64,000 nucleotides of DNA from Minisyncoccota bacterium (lineage in GTDB: Bacteria > Patescibacteriota > Minisyncoccia > Phycocordibacterales > JACRKE01): contig JBAZWG010000001.1 in NCBI GenBank assembly GCA_041660505.1, positions 243,979-307,978 on the forward strand. Direction: 5' to 3'. A model generated the notes under the pieces. The model did not search any database. It had not been told where the DNA came from and saw only the letters and a program-made list of their open reading frames with translations. This document shows positions 1-8,105 of this stretch, piece after piece; position 1 is the stretch's first letter, and every line of letters starts with the position of its first letter. The translations under genes were made by a program, and so were the position numbers.

Positions 1-456
1 GCGATTGAGCTTGTCGATCTCCTTGTCGAAGCCGAGGCGCTCCTTCTTGGTATACATGCCGAGTTGTTTCTTCTCGCGACGCATAGTAAGATCCTCAAGT
101 CTTGCGATGCGCTTCTTGATCTCGGTGAAGTTCGTAAGCGTGCCACCTATCCAGCGTTCTGTAACAAATGGAAGCCCTGCGGCCTTTGATTCTTTATCAA
201 CAATAGCGCGGGCCTCGAACTTGGTGCCGACGACGAGGAGCTGGCCACGGCTCTTACCCAATGCGCGAGCGGCGTCTTCTGCTTTCTTAAGTGTGGCCTC
301 GGTTTTCTCGAGGTCGAATATCTCTGTTCTGTTCTTAACTCCAAAAATATTGGCTTTTTGTGAAGGGTGGCGACGCGAACGGGTGTAGGCGATATGAGCC
401 CCAGCTTCGAAGAGCTTGTCTACCGCCTTAATACCTGCTTCCGTGGGTTGTGTCAT
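1..456 (-). CDS. rpsB: 30S ribosomal protein S2 (3' end runs off the window)
   Basis: The minus-strand translation begins MTQPTEAGIKAVDKLFEAGAHIAYTRSRRHP...LLVVGTKFEARAIV...RWIGGTLTNF, which matches the conserved S2 core. ATG at 454-456. The reading frame is open to the window edge. Confidence 0.85.
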   Translation of the reverse strand, partial: MTQPTEAGIKAVDKLFEAGAHIAYTRSRRHPSQKANIFGVKNRTEIFDLEKTEATLKKAEDAARALGKSRGQLLVVGTKFEARAIVDKESKAAGLPFVTERWIGGTLTNFTEIKKRIARLEDLTMRREKKQLGMYTKKERLGFDKEIDKLNR

Positions 457-512
457 AGTTCGGCTATCGTATCAGAAAATCAGCCTTTAGGCAATAGTGG
501 GGCTATGGTTCT

Positions 513-2006
513 TTATTGTTCCTGGACACCTGACGTACCCTTGTCAACATTGATTGTCAATGTAGTATGAACACTGCCCGGTCCACCCAGAACCTGCACC
601 TGGAAACTGCCGTTCCTACTAGGATGTTTTTTGAGATACACCTGTAATGATACCGGCGCATAACTCGAATTTAATGAGTCGTGATCTGTTTTTGCTGGGT
701 CTATAGAATTCTTGTATAACCAAGATGTAGGATTAGCAGTTATTGAGTCGCTGAATTGGAATACAATATCGTTTTGCGTCAAACCTAGGGCGGCAAGCTC
801 AGTGGCATCAGGCACTAATGATTCTTTGCTTAATGTTATCGCGCCAGTAAACGCCGGATTCGGCGGACCGAATGGTATAACACTAATTATAGAAACTGGG
901 CTTGTGGTCGCTTTTATATCCCCTTTAAACAGTGCCGACACCGCGCTTGGATTGGCGCTTAGCGAATAACCGGCTACCGGCGCATTCACATTAACACGTC
1001 TACCGCCATTGGTATTCTCACAATAATCATCACTTTCTTTTGAATCAGACCCACTGGTTACAACAACTTTTGCTCTAACACTGCCTGCGGTATCGGCCGC
1101 GGTCGAACACTTCATTCTATTACCAGGATTACCACCAATTACCCTGTTAACTTCAGATGAGTTGGTTGGGAAATCAGGAGTACATGTAACATTATCTCTC
1201 TCGGCAATCCATTCATAACTATAGTTACCGGTCCCTCCGCGCGGATAAGCTGTCCAGATTGGCAAAACGGGAGATGCGCTACTATTGCCGTCAGTGGTAA
1301 CCGAACATGTTACTCCAAGCTGTGGTCTGCCGAGAATAACTCCGCAGAGCGAAGGATCATCGCCTACATCACACTTCAACGGGTGGAAATCAACCCAACC
1401 AACATTCAGGTCGCCCCAAACAAACGAATCGTTAGCGCCATCGAGTCTGTTGGCGTTGCCATTGTTTGAGCCGAATTCATCATTATTAGGATAAAAAGTT
1501 ACTCCGTATTGAGGAGGAGTGTTCGATGATAATTTAATCCAACCATCCCAACCACCAAGAGCGCTGTCTGCCTTGAGCGCACCACTGCAGCCGCTCGCGA
1601 ATACCGAGCACGCCCTCGCCCAACCTTGCATTTTGTTATCAGAGACGCTTGCTAATCCAGTACCGCCGCTAGGGTCAGTGCCTCCGGGACTGAACTTTAT
1701 CCAGCCAATACTATCGCTCCAGGCATAACCGGTCAGCGCGCCATTCAAAGCGTTTCCCGAATTCGGTACCCCGCCTTCAACATTCACTCCGTAATTCACT
1801 CCCGGGCTGTAACCATTTAGAGAGTTGAAGCTTATCCAGCCTATGTTGTCGCTCCACGCCCAGCCAGATAGGTTATGCTCGGTGCCGGCGCTTACTGTGC
1901 CTATTTGGCGGTCGTATGAAATAACGCCCAAGACCAGAATTAGGGTTGCGAGACCGACCGAAAGTACGAGCTTACTTTGGCCCGCACCCTTTGTGAATAA
2001 TTTCAT
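513..2006 (-). CDS. secreted/surface repeat protein with an N-terminal signal or anchor and repeated W-S-x-x-I-G-W-I-x-F motifs
   Basis: The N-terminal hydrophobic stretch is LVLSVGLATLILVLGVISY. The motif GWAWSDNIGWISFN/GYAWSDSIGWIKF/GWDGWIKLSS/GDLNVGWVDFHP recurs. The C-terminal half is Ser/Thr/Asn/Gly-rich. Not a prepilin leader (no G-F-T-L-I-E). Confidence 0.55.
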   Translation of the reverse strand: MKLFTKGAGQSKLVLSVGLATLILVLGVISYDRQIGTVSAGTEHNLSGWAWSDNIGWISFNSLNGYSPGVNYGVNVEGGVPNSGNALNGALTGYAWSDSIGWIKFSPGGTDPSGGTGLASVSDNKMQGWARACSVFASGCSGALKADSALGGWDGWIKLSSNTPPQYGVTFYPNNDEFGSNNGNANRLDGANDSFVWGDLNVGWVDFHPLKCDVGDDPSLCGVILGRPQLGVTCSVTTDGNSSASPVLPIWTAYPRGGTGNYSYEWIAERDNVTCTPDFPTNSSEVNRVIGGNPGNRMKCSTAADTAGSVRAKVVVTSGSDSKESDDYCENTNGGRRVNVNAPVAGYSLSANPSAVSALFKGDIKATTSPVSIISVIPFGPPNPAFTGAITLSKESLVPDATELAALGLTQNDIVFQFSDSITANPTSWLYKNSIDPAKTDHDSLNSSYAPVSLQVYLKKHPSRNGSFQVQVLGGPGSVHTTLTINVDKGTSGVQEQ

Positions 2007-2049
2007 ACTAGAAAAAAGTTAATTTCTTTACTCTAGTATACCACGTGCA

Positions 2050-3111
2050 TTATTCGTCGGTATCGGCATTATCCACACCCGCCTGTTCCGAAGCTCGGCT
2101 TCCGGGCTCCGTTTTGAGAAGCCGAGCTTCTGCGTCCAGCGCATCCACAATCGGCTGGAAATTGCCTGCGAAAATTTTCTCGATGTTGTGCCAAGATTGT
2201 TTGATACGATGATCAGTAATTCTATCTTGCAGAATGTTATATGTACGGATTTTTTCGGATCTGTCGCCCGTGCCAACTTGCCCTTTGCGCTCGGCCGAGA
2301 AGCTCTTGGCCGCTTTAGCGTCTTCGAAATCGGCGATCTTTGCGCGCAAGATACTCATCGCCATGTCGCGATTCTTGTGCTGGCTGCGCTCGGAGGTACA
2401 GCGCACCGCGATACCTGTCGGCTTGTGGATAAGGCGCACTGCCGTCTCGACTTTGTTCACATTCTGTCCGCCGGCCCCACCCGAGCGCGAGAATTCCATC
2501 TCAAGATCGGCTGGGTTAATCACAATTTCCTTGTGCTCCATTATAGGTAGTACTGCCACGGTCGCTGTAGAAGTATGCACGCGACCATTCTTTTCTGTCG
2601 CCGGTATTCTCTGGATACGATGTACGCCCATTTCGTACTTCAAAGCATCGTAACTCCCCTTGCCGTCAATTTCGAACGACGCTTCTTTATATCCGCCCAT
2701 TTCCGCCTGCGACTCATCTAATTTTCTAAAATCCCAGCCTTTTATTGCAGAGTATCGCTCATACATTTCGGCAAGTTGCATAGCGAAAAGTGCTGCTTCT
2801 TCCCCGCCGGTACCGGCGCGCACTTCTATCATGAGCTGGTTCGGATGTTCAACATCTTCAACAGTCTTTTTTTCTTCGACAATACTTCTCAAAGTTTTTA
2901 TCTGTTCTTCTTTTTGCGACTCAAGCCGTGCAAGTTCATCTCCGACGAGTTCTTGCAGACTGGCATCAAGCTCGGCCACTTTCTTGGTCTCCTCTATTTT
3001 TAGGGCGAGTTCAAGATACGTGGGCAATAAGTACATTGTCCGCGGGTCTTTTTTGAACTCTTCTATTTCTTGTGAAGTTAGTGGTTCCATTGGAGTGGCA
3101 TGAGCAAGCAT
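2050..3111 (-). CDS. prfA: peptide chain release factor 1
   Basis: Has the GGQ motif ([24 protein letters not shown]) and the PAT tripeptide ([17 protein letters not shown]) that distinguishes RF1 from RF2. The start is chosen at the first ATG downstream of rpmE, and the listed ORF's longer N-terminal extension overlaps rpmE. Confidence 0.85.
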   Translation of the reverse strand: MLAHATPMEPLTSQEIEEFKKDPRTMYLLPTYLELALKIEETKKVAELDASLQELVGDELARLESQKEEQIKTLRSIVEEKKTVEDVEHPNQLMIEVRAGTGGEEAALFAMQLAEMYERYSAIKGWDFRKLDESQAEMGGYKEASFEIDGKGSYDALKYEMGVHRIQRIPATEKNGRVHTSTATVAVLPIMEHKEIVINPADLEMEFSRSGGAGGQNVNKVETAVRLIHKPTGIAVRCTSERSQHKNRDMAMSILRAKIADFEDAKAAKSFSAERKGQVGTGDRSEKIRTYNILQDRITDHRIKQSWHNIEKIFAGNFQPIVDALDAEARLLKTEPGSRASEQAGVDNADTDE

Positions 3112-3217
3112 GCATTTGGAGGAACTACGGACCGCGACGGCGGGAGTCTTGAGACTTTTCGTACCAACGAAAAAGTCGTGTCCTCCAAGTGCATGACTGC
3201 GAGTGACACGACTGCCG

Positions 3218-3457
3218 TTACTTTGCGGATTTCTTCGTTTTCTTCGGAGCGGCAGCGGCGTTGGCACGGCGAACCTTGAAGCGTTCGACGCGTCCGGCAG
3301 TGTCGATGATCTTCTCGGTACCGGTATAGAACGGATGACAGTTACTGCAGATTTCTACCATAAGAGCCTCCTTAGTAGAACCGACGGTATAAACCGCCCC
3401 GCAAGAACAGGTGGCTTTGGTGTTAGCGAAATATTTAGGATGTGTGTCTGATTTCAT
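3218..3457 (-). CDS. rpmE: 50S ribosomal protein L31
   Basis: [46 protein letters not shown] matches the L31 consensus, including the CxxC...CxxC zinc-ribbon form. Confidence 0.85.
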   Translation of the reverse strand: MKSDTHPKYFANTKATCSCGAVYTVGSTKEALMVEICSNCHPFYTGTEKIIDTAGRVERFKVRRANAAAAPKKTKKSAK

Positions 3458-3486
3458 GAGAAAGTACTATATCAAAAAAACCGCAT

Positions 3487-3705
3487 TTAGGCAAACACCT
3501 CGACCGGGAACACGCCGGTCTTGAGTTTAGAGCTGAATCCCATAGGGAATCGCGAACGGGCGTCAAGCATCTCGATGGCGATAATCTTACCTGCGGAATC
3601 GTAGTCAAAGATAACACCCGGCTGTACCTCGTCACTCTCGGCACACTTCTTTTCATTGAAGCGAATTACTAATATGTCCTCTTTTTTATCATAATTGAAT
3701 TTCAT
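3487..3705 (-). CDS. DUF2283-family small protein (antitoxin-like partner of DUF4258)
   Basis: MKFNYDKKEDILVIRFNEKKCAESDEVQPGVIFDYDSAGKIIAIEMLD fits the DUF2283 consensus (MKITYDxExDxLYIRL...PGVIxDYDxxGxLVGIEILD). It overlaps the upstream gene by 4 nt. Confidence 0.7.
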   Translation of the reverse strand: MKFNYDKKEDILVIRFNEKKCAESDEVQPGVIFDYDSAGKIIAIEMLDARSRFPMGFSSKLKTGVFPVEVFA

Positions 3706-3968
3706 GATGTTTTAAAATATTTTTTGACTTTACTTGTATACCACACAGTAACAACATAATTCTTTCGGGGACACTCTTTGTATATTATCACAAGAACGAA
3801 CTGTTTATTCCGTTGCCAGAATTTCTTAATGAGTTGCTTACGCCCTCTCGGGCCGTCGGTTATCGAATCAGGCGATTGAAAGGCCTCTCTGATTAACCCT
3901 TCTGATATCCTATGTTCCTTCGCTCGAATTTTTGCATGTTCACCCAGCTCGATACTTTTGTGTATCAC
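3702..3968 (-). CDS. DUF4258-family protein (toxin-like)
   Basis: An 88-aa protein (HAKIRAKEHRISEGLIREAF...KQFVLVIIYKE...YVVTVWY) consistent with the DUF4258 fold. It is translationally coupled to the DUF2283 gene. Confidence 0.65.
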   Translation of the reverse strand: MIHKSIELGEHAKIRAKEHRISEGLIREAFQSPDSITDGPRGRKQLIKKFWQRNKQFVLVIIYKECPRKNYVVTVWYTSKVKKYFKTS

Positions 3969-4053
3969 TACATAAGACTATCATTTTGGCTTTAAACTTA
4001 CAACGTGTTTGACACCACTACATTTTTGGACGGTAAATACTATATAATATATC

Positions 4054-5436
4054 CTACTGTGAGTCAAGTATATCAATATCCTTCTGGAATGAGGCGGCGC
4101 GGGAGGCCACAGAGGCGCCATAGCCCTTCATGTGCTTCTTCCAGTTGCCGCCGGCGTAATATTTGGCCGCCGCGCACGCTTCTTGGTTATATTGAGAGCT
4201 ATATGTAGCCTTACAGCCTTGCAAGCCATCATTAAGATAGACCGCCGTCGCCGTAAAGGCATCTTCATTATTAAACGGCGAGGCGGGCACATTGCCGGTG
4301 ATAGCCTCGACGCGATGTTGGACTCCTGTCTCGCTATTAACATCCCACCAAGTCGTTGGCATGAATTGAGCAGGGCCCATCGCGCCGCCATACTGGCCAT
4401 CTTTGACAATAGGGCAAGAGACCGGTGTCGTATTCGGATCTTTCCCAATAGCCGTAATGAGCGCCAAGAATGACGGCTTCTGCGTCGCGCTCATAACTGT
4501 CCCTGCTTTATTTTTCCATGCAGTATTATAAAAACATTTACCAAGGTTGCCGCCTATAACGCCGTTCATCCCCGACTCTTGCGTAAGCACGGCAAGGACG
4601 AAGGCGGCGCGCACGCCAATCTTCGACTCCGCTACGCGCACGAGCACCAAGGCCTCACCGAACTTAAGTTGGTTGCCACCGGTAAACTTGATCATTCTGT
4701 TCTTAATCTCCGCCACCACCTTCTGTTTGTCGGCCAAAACTTTTTTATAGGCGGCTTCCTGACCTTTCGTCACTTTGAGCGTTTGATTCTTTTGATTCTC
4801 CAAGAGTGTCGCCTTCTGCTGTTCCAAGACCTGCACCTGCTTCGCCTCGGCCTCTTGCTGTTTCTTGGCCTGTACTATCTTCTTGCTCGCCTCGGTCTCG
4901 GCTTTGGCATCGCGAACTTGATTCAACGTGTCATCTATCTTCTCTTGGACGGAATTGAAGGCACCGGCATCAGCGAACATCTCCGAAATATTTTTGCCGG
5001 AGAGCATTGTCTCGGCGATAGAAATCCTATCGTTCTCGCTTGTCTTGCGCAAGAGTTCAGAGAGATAAACATGCATCCTGTCAATCTTCTGCCCAAGTGT
5101 GCTGATGGTCGTGTTCTTGGCGTGGATGTCGTTTTCCAAATTCAGAATATTTATATTGCGCTGTTTGATCTCGAGTTTGGCCTTCTGAATGCGGAAGTCG
5201 AGGATGGCGATATCGCGCTGGAGGGAAGTCGCCTCCCGGCCTTTGGCATCTATCTTCGCTTGGCTTTGTTCAATCTCGGCCTGGCAGACCTCGAGGCGCG
5301 CCTTCAAAACATCCGGCGTTTCGCCATTTGCTCCGACGTCGCAACTAAGCGTGCCGGCCTGAAGTAGTCTGGTCGAGCTGGTAATACTAACCAAGGCAAT
5401 AATGAACAATAACAAAAAAGACCGCATGTTTCGCAT
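4054..5436 (-). CDS. secreted coiled-coil protein with a C-terminal lytic-transglycosylase-like domain
   Basis: N-terminal signal peptide MRNMRSFLLLFIIALVSITSS. Long K/E/Q-rich coiled-coil segment. C-terminal AAFVLAVLTQESGMNG resembles the SLT catalytic ES-G motif. Confidence 0.5.
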   Translation of the reverse strand: MRNMRSFLLLFIIALVSITSSTRLLQAGTLSCDVGANGETPDVLKARLEVCQAEIEQSQAKIDAKGREATSLQRDIAILDFRIQKAKLEIKQRNINILNLENDIHAKNTTISTLGQKIDRMHVYLSELLRKTSENDRISIAETMLSGKNISEMFADAGAFNSVQEKIDDTLNQVRDAKAETEASKKIVQAKKQQEAEAKQVQVLEQQKATLLENQKNQTLKVTKGQEAAYKKVLADKQKVVAEIKNRMIKFTGGNQLKFGEALVLVRVAESKIGVRAAFVLAVLTQESGMNGVIGGNLGKCFYNTAWKNKAGTVMSATQKPSFLALITAIGKDPNTTPVSCPIVKDGQYGGAMGPAQFMPTTWWDVNSETGVQHRVEAITGNVPASPFNNEDAFTATAVYLNDGLQGCKATYSSQYNQEACAAAKYYAGGNWKKHMKGYGASVASRAASFQKDIDILDSQ

Positions 5437-5472
5437 ACGATCAAGTATACCGTAAACTAATCGGTCTTGCTA

Positions 5473-6144
5473 CTATTTCTTCTCCGGTTTTGCTTCGGCC
5501 GCCTCACCTTCAGCACCTTCTTCCGGCTTCTTGCCTTTATCTACTGTCGTCTCAATCTTCGAGAGATCTACCGGTGCCTCCTCTTCTATCTTCTCTTCTT
5601 TAGGTTCGGAGACGAGTGCCACCACTTCTTCGCCATCATCAAGCGCCACAACACCTTCCGGAAGTGCGATATCTTTAATATGTATCTGATCTTCGAATGT
5701 TGCGAGTTTGGAAATATCAACCTTAAGACCGTGCGGGAGCGAGCGCGGCATCGCCTCGATCTCGAGCTCATGCATCACCTTGACGAGCACGCCACCAAGT
5801 ACTTTGACCGCCGGTGCAACGCCGGTGAATTCGAGCGGTACCTTGACCTGCAGTTTTTTACCCTTCTCGATTACATAAAAATCGGCATGGAGCGGAACGC
5901 CGGTCACTGGATGCACCGCCACGTCGTGGATGAGCGCATCCTTCTCTTCACCGCCGACTTCAAGGGCAATGATAGAAGATTCTCCGGCTTGTTTATAAAC
6001 TTTTGAAAATTGATTGGTGTTGACGAAATAGGAACCCGCCTTCTCCTTCGGTCCGTAGATGGCAATAGGCAACTTGCCTGCCTTGCGGTCAGCATCAAGC
6101 TTCTTGCCAAAGGTATTTCTCGTCTCGAGGGTCAGATTGAACAT
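5473..6144 (-). CDS. rplY: 50S ribosomal protein L25/general stress protein Ctc
   Basis: The N-terminus MFNLTLETRNTFGKKLDADRKAGKLPIAIYGPKE matches the L25/Ctc family. Acidic, Lys-rich C-terminal tail. Confidence 0.8.
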   Translation of the reverse strand: MFNLTLETRNTFGKKLDADRKAGKLPIAIYGPKEKAGSYFVNTNQFSKVYKQAGESSIIALEVGGEEKDALIHDVAVHPVTGVPLHADFYVIEKGKKLQVKVPLEFTGVAPAVKVLGGVLVKVMHELEIEAMPRSLPHGLKVDISKLATFEDQIHIKDIALPEGVVALDDGEEVVALVSEPKEEKIEEEAPVDLSKIETTVDKGKKPEEGAEGEAAEAKPEKK

Positions 6145-6183
6145 GAAGCTGTATTATACCGATTTTAACTGAAAAAGCAAACT

Positions 6184-7155
6184 TTATGTGGCCTTAAGTA
6201 TATTCTGTAGCTTATGGGTATTCCCGTGCTGTAATAATCCCCGATAGGATTGCATTGTAGCAGGGTTATCTAGCCTTATCGCTATATTCCTGAACATCCG
6301 CTTCTTCGTCGCCGTTCGCAATACCTGATGATCGGGGAAATGCACCCACCCGAGGAAGTCTACGCCGGATGCGAGCGTGGCAATGGAGACCTTCTTCGGG
6401 TGTAAAGAAAGATTGAGTTGTGTATTCAAAAAATCAGAAATTTGCGGAATGAGTTGCTCGAGCCACGCCCTATTGTCAGAAAGAAAGACAAAATCGTCGG
6501 CATAGCGAATGTACTGCTTTACTTTGAGTTTGTGCTTAACATACTGATCGAACTCATTCATGTAGATGTTCACCAAGAGTTGCGAAGTGAGATTGCCGAG
6601 TGGCAAACCCGGTTCGAAGCTTGAAATTACTTTCTCGAGCAACCACTGAACGTTTTCGTCAGGAACATATTGCGCGAGTATCCCGAATAAAATTTTGTGG
6701 TCAATGTTTGCAAAGAACTTACGTATGTCGCATTTGAGCACCCAACAGGTATGAGTACAGTTCTTGGACGTTTCACTTCCAAATTTCTCAAACTGCTTCA
6801 GAGCGCGGTGAGTTCCCTTCCGTAGCCTGCACGAATACGAGTCAGAAATGAATGTTGAGTCAAAGAACGGATACAGCTTGCGATACACCGCGTGGCAAAG
6901 AAGTCTGTCGCGAACGTTGGCTTTGTGAATATCGCGAGGCTTTGGGTCGTTTATCTTGAAGTACGTATAACCGCCGTGAACATAGGTAAAGTTTTCAAGG
7001 TCTTGATGAAGGGAGAGTATGTTGCCCATGAGGCGAAGCTGGAAGACCTGAACATCAAGCTTATTTCTTTTTCCGGATAGAAACTCCTGCCAAGCGGCAA
7101 GCAGATTTTCAACGGAAATAATTTCTTCATACGACGTTGTAAATTGCTTTCTCAT
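6184..7155 (-). CDS. DGR reverse transcriptase
   Basis: A 323-aa RT with the YADD box (IRYADDFVFL). The motif GLPLGNLTSQLLVNIY carries the SQ signature of DGR RTs, not the QGxxxSP of group II intron RTs. The size is typical of DGR RTs. Confidence 0.85.
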   Translation of the reverse strand: MRKQFTTSYEEIISVENLLAAWQEFLSGKRNKLDVQVFQLRLMGNILSLHQDLENFTYVHGGYTYFKINDPKPRDIHKANVRDRLLCHAVYRKLYPFFDSTFISDSYSCRLRKGTHRALKQFEKFGSETSKNCTHTCWVLKCDIRKFFANIDHKILFGILAQYVPDENVQWLLEKVISSFEPGLPLGNLTSQLLVNIYMNEFDQYVKHKLKVKQYIRYADDFVFLSDNRAWLEQLIPQISDFLNTQLNLSLHPKKVSIATLASGVDFLGWVHFPDHQVLRTATKKRMFRNIAIRLDNPATMQSYRGLLQHGNTHKLQNILKAT

Positions 7156-7203
7156 GTGATAGTTGTATGGTCTTAAAAAATAAAAATCAAACTATGAAAA
7201 GTA

Positions 7204-7214
7204 CCCCCCCCCCC
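7204..7214 (+). repeat. C11 homopolymer at the 5' end of avd
   Basis: Eleven consecutive C at 7204-7214. A tract of 12 C would put ATG 7194 in frame with avd and give a protein of about 129 aa. Confidence 0.9.
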
Positions 7215-7249
7215 GAAACAACCTTACAATACTCGATCGGCTCGTTAGT

Positions 7250-7582
7250 GTGTATAAACTGTGGATAGTATCTTCCGAATCATTCCCAAAGAAACTCAAG
7301 TACACCTTAGGTGGCAAGATCGACGACCTGTTTCTCGAGTGTCTTGATCTGCTCTTCACCGCAAGCTTCCAACCGAAAGACCGAAAGCTTATTTATCTCG
7401 ACAAAGTATCGGTGCGTTTTGACTTGCTCAAATTTCTACTGCGAATAGCCTGGGAAATTGATGCACTAGAACAAAAGAAATATGTTCATATTTCTGAACT
7501 GCTCGTCGAAATCGGCAGAATGATCGGTGGTTGGATGAACAAGATAAAGAAAGAAACTCAACCCCCGCCGAAGCGAGGGTGA
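7250..7582 (+). CDS. avd: Avd-like accessory protein (four-helix-bundle / 23S rRNA-intervening-sequence protein family). As sequenced it starts at GTG 7250, and it probably starts at ATG 7194 if the C-tract has 12 C
   Basis: SESFPKKLKYTLGGKIDDLFLECLDLLFTA...YLDKVSVRFDLLKFLLRIAWEIDAL fits the four-helix-bundle consensus (FPKEEKYGLTSQLRRAAVSI...FL.IA.GSL.E). The frame is open upstream to 7184 with no ATG. The ATG at 7194 lies in another frame, and one extra C in the C11 tract would join it to this frame. Confidence 0.65.
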   Translation: MYKLWIVSSESFPKKLKYTLGGKIDDLFLECLDLLFTASFQPKDRKLIYLDKVSVRFDLLKFLLRIAWEIDALEQKKYVHISELLVEIGRMIGGWMNKIKKETQPPPKRG

Positions 7583-7593
7583 GAACGTCGAGA

Positions 7594-7696
7594 TTTGCGA
7601 CGGAACACGAACAGGTTGTTGTCGTTCCACTCGTTCGACACCGTGTTCAGGTTCGCCTTGCGACTGCCGTCATCGTTCTGCCATGCATACGACAAC
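7594..7696 (-). repeat. DGR template repeat (TR)
   Basis: A 103-bp direct repeat of 8109-8211. The two differ at 13 positions, and all 13 are T on the plus strand, which is A on the coding (minus) strand. It sits inside a degenerate, Asn-rich pseudo-copy of the target 3' end (spurious ORF 7558-7887). Confidence 0.85.
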
Positions 7697-8028
7697 AATG
7701 ACTCCAGTAGCGCGAGAATATGCAGGGTACCATCCATACCACCGCCCATCGAATACTCTCCGAGCTGAATCGTATATGGGATATAAAATCCACCAGTATC
7801 CTGCACCAAGTATCTTTCGTTTTTAGCTTTCCGCGGTGCGCACTTTCGTAAGGCAAATAAAATTTTTACCCGACGAAACTCCGGCACCGCGGCTTGCAGA
7901 ATTCGGCCGCTCGAAGCGTTGAGATAATCGTTGCCGCGAACAGATTCGCCTACTATCCGCTTCGGATCCTACCATATATTGATTATTTTAAAAATTTTTT
8001 GAAATTCCAGAGGTCCAGAAGCCAAGTT

Positions 8029-8058
8029 CCCCCGTTCCGACTCTGTCGTGAACGGGGG
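8029..8058 (-). terminator. GC-rich hairpin downstream of the VR/target stop (DGR-associated stem-loop and/or terminator)
   Basis: cccccgttccgac-tct-gtcgtgaacggggg forms a stem of about 13 bp with one bulged A and a 3-nt loop. It lies about 50-75 nt 3' of the target stop codon on the coding strand. Confidence 0.5.
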
Positions 8059-8105
8059 AATCCAAAGAACTAAGTCCAGTACCCAAGGGTTCATCGATCC
8101 GAGGG

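Noticed and set aside
513-2006. Type IV prepilin leader at the N-terminus of the repeat protein
   Set aside because: The N-terminus (MKLFTKGAGQSKLVLSVGLATL...) lacks the G/FTLIE cleavage and methylation motif with the conserved Glu at +5. It was treated as an ordinary signal or anchor sequence.
3109-3267. Longer N-terminal extension of prfA (the listed ORF starts at 3267)
   Set aside because: The extension overlaps the 3' end of rpmE on the same strand, and its translation is Arg/Pro-rich and non-RF1-like. The start was reassigned to the first ATG after the rpmE stop.
4128-5367. Antisense ORFs (4128-4448 minus, 4132-4473 plus, 4579-5367 plus) within the coiled-coil/SLT gene
   Set aside because: They lie opposite or within a gene with a signal peptide and clear domain structure. 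Their translations are low-complexity and Arg/Leu-rich, typical of antisense frames.
7558-7887. 109-aa minus-strand ORF overlapping the TR
   Set aside because: It is the TR embedded in a degenerate, Asn-rich pseudo-copy of the target C-terminus. It has no independent start context and is interpreted as non-coding template. It is not called as a gene.
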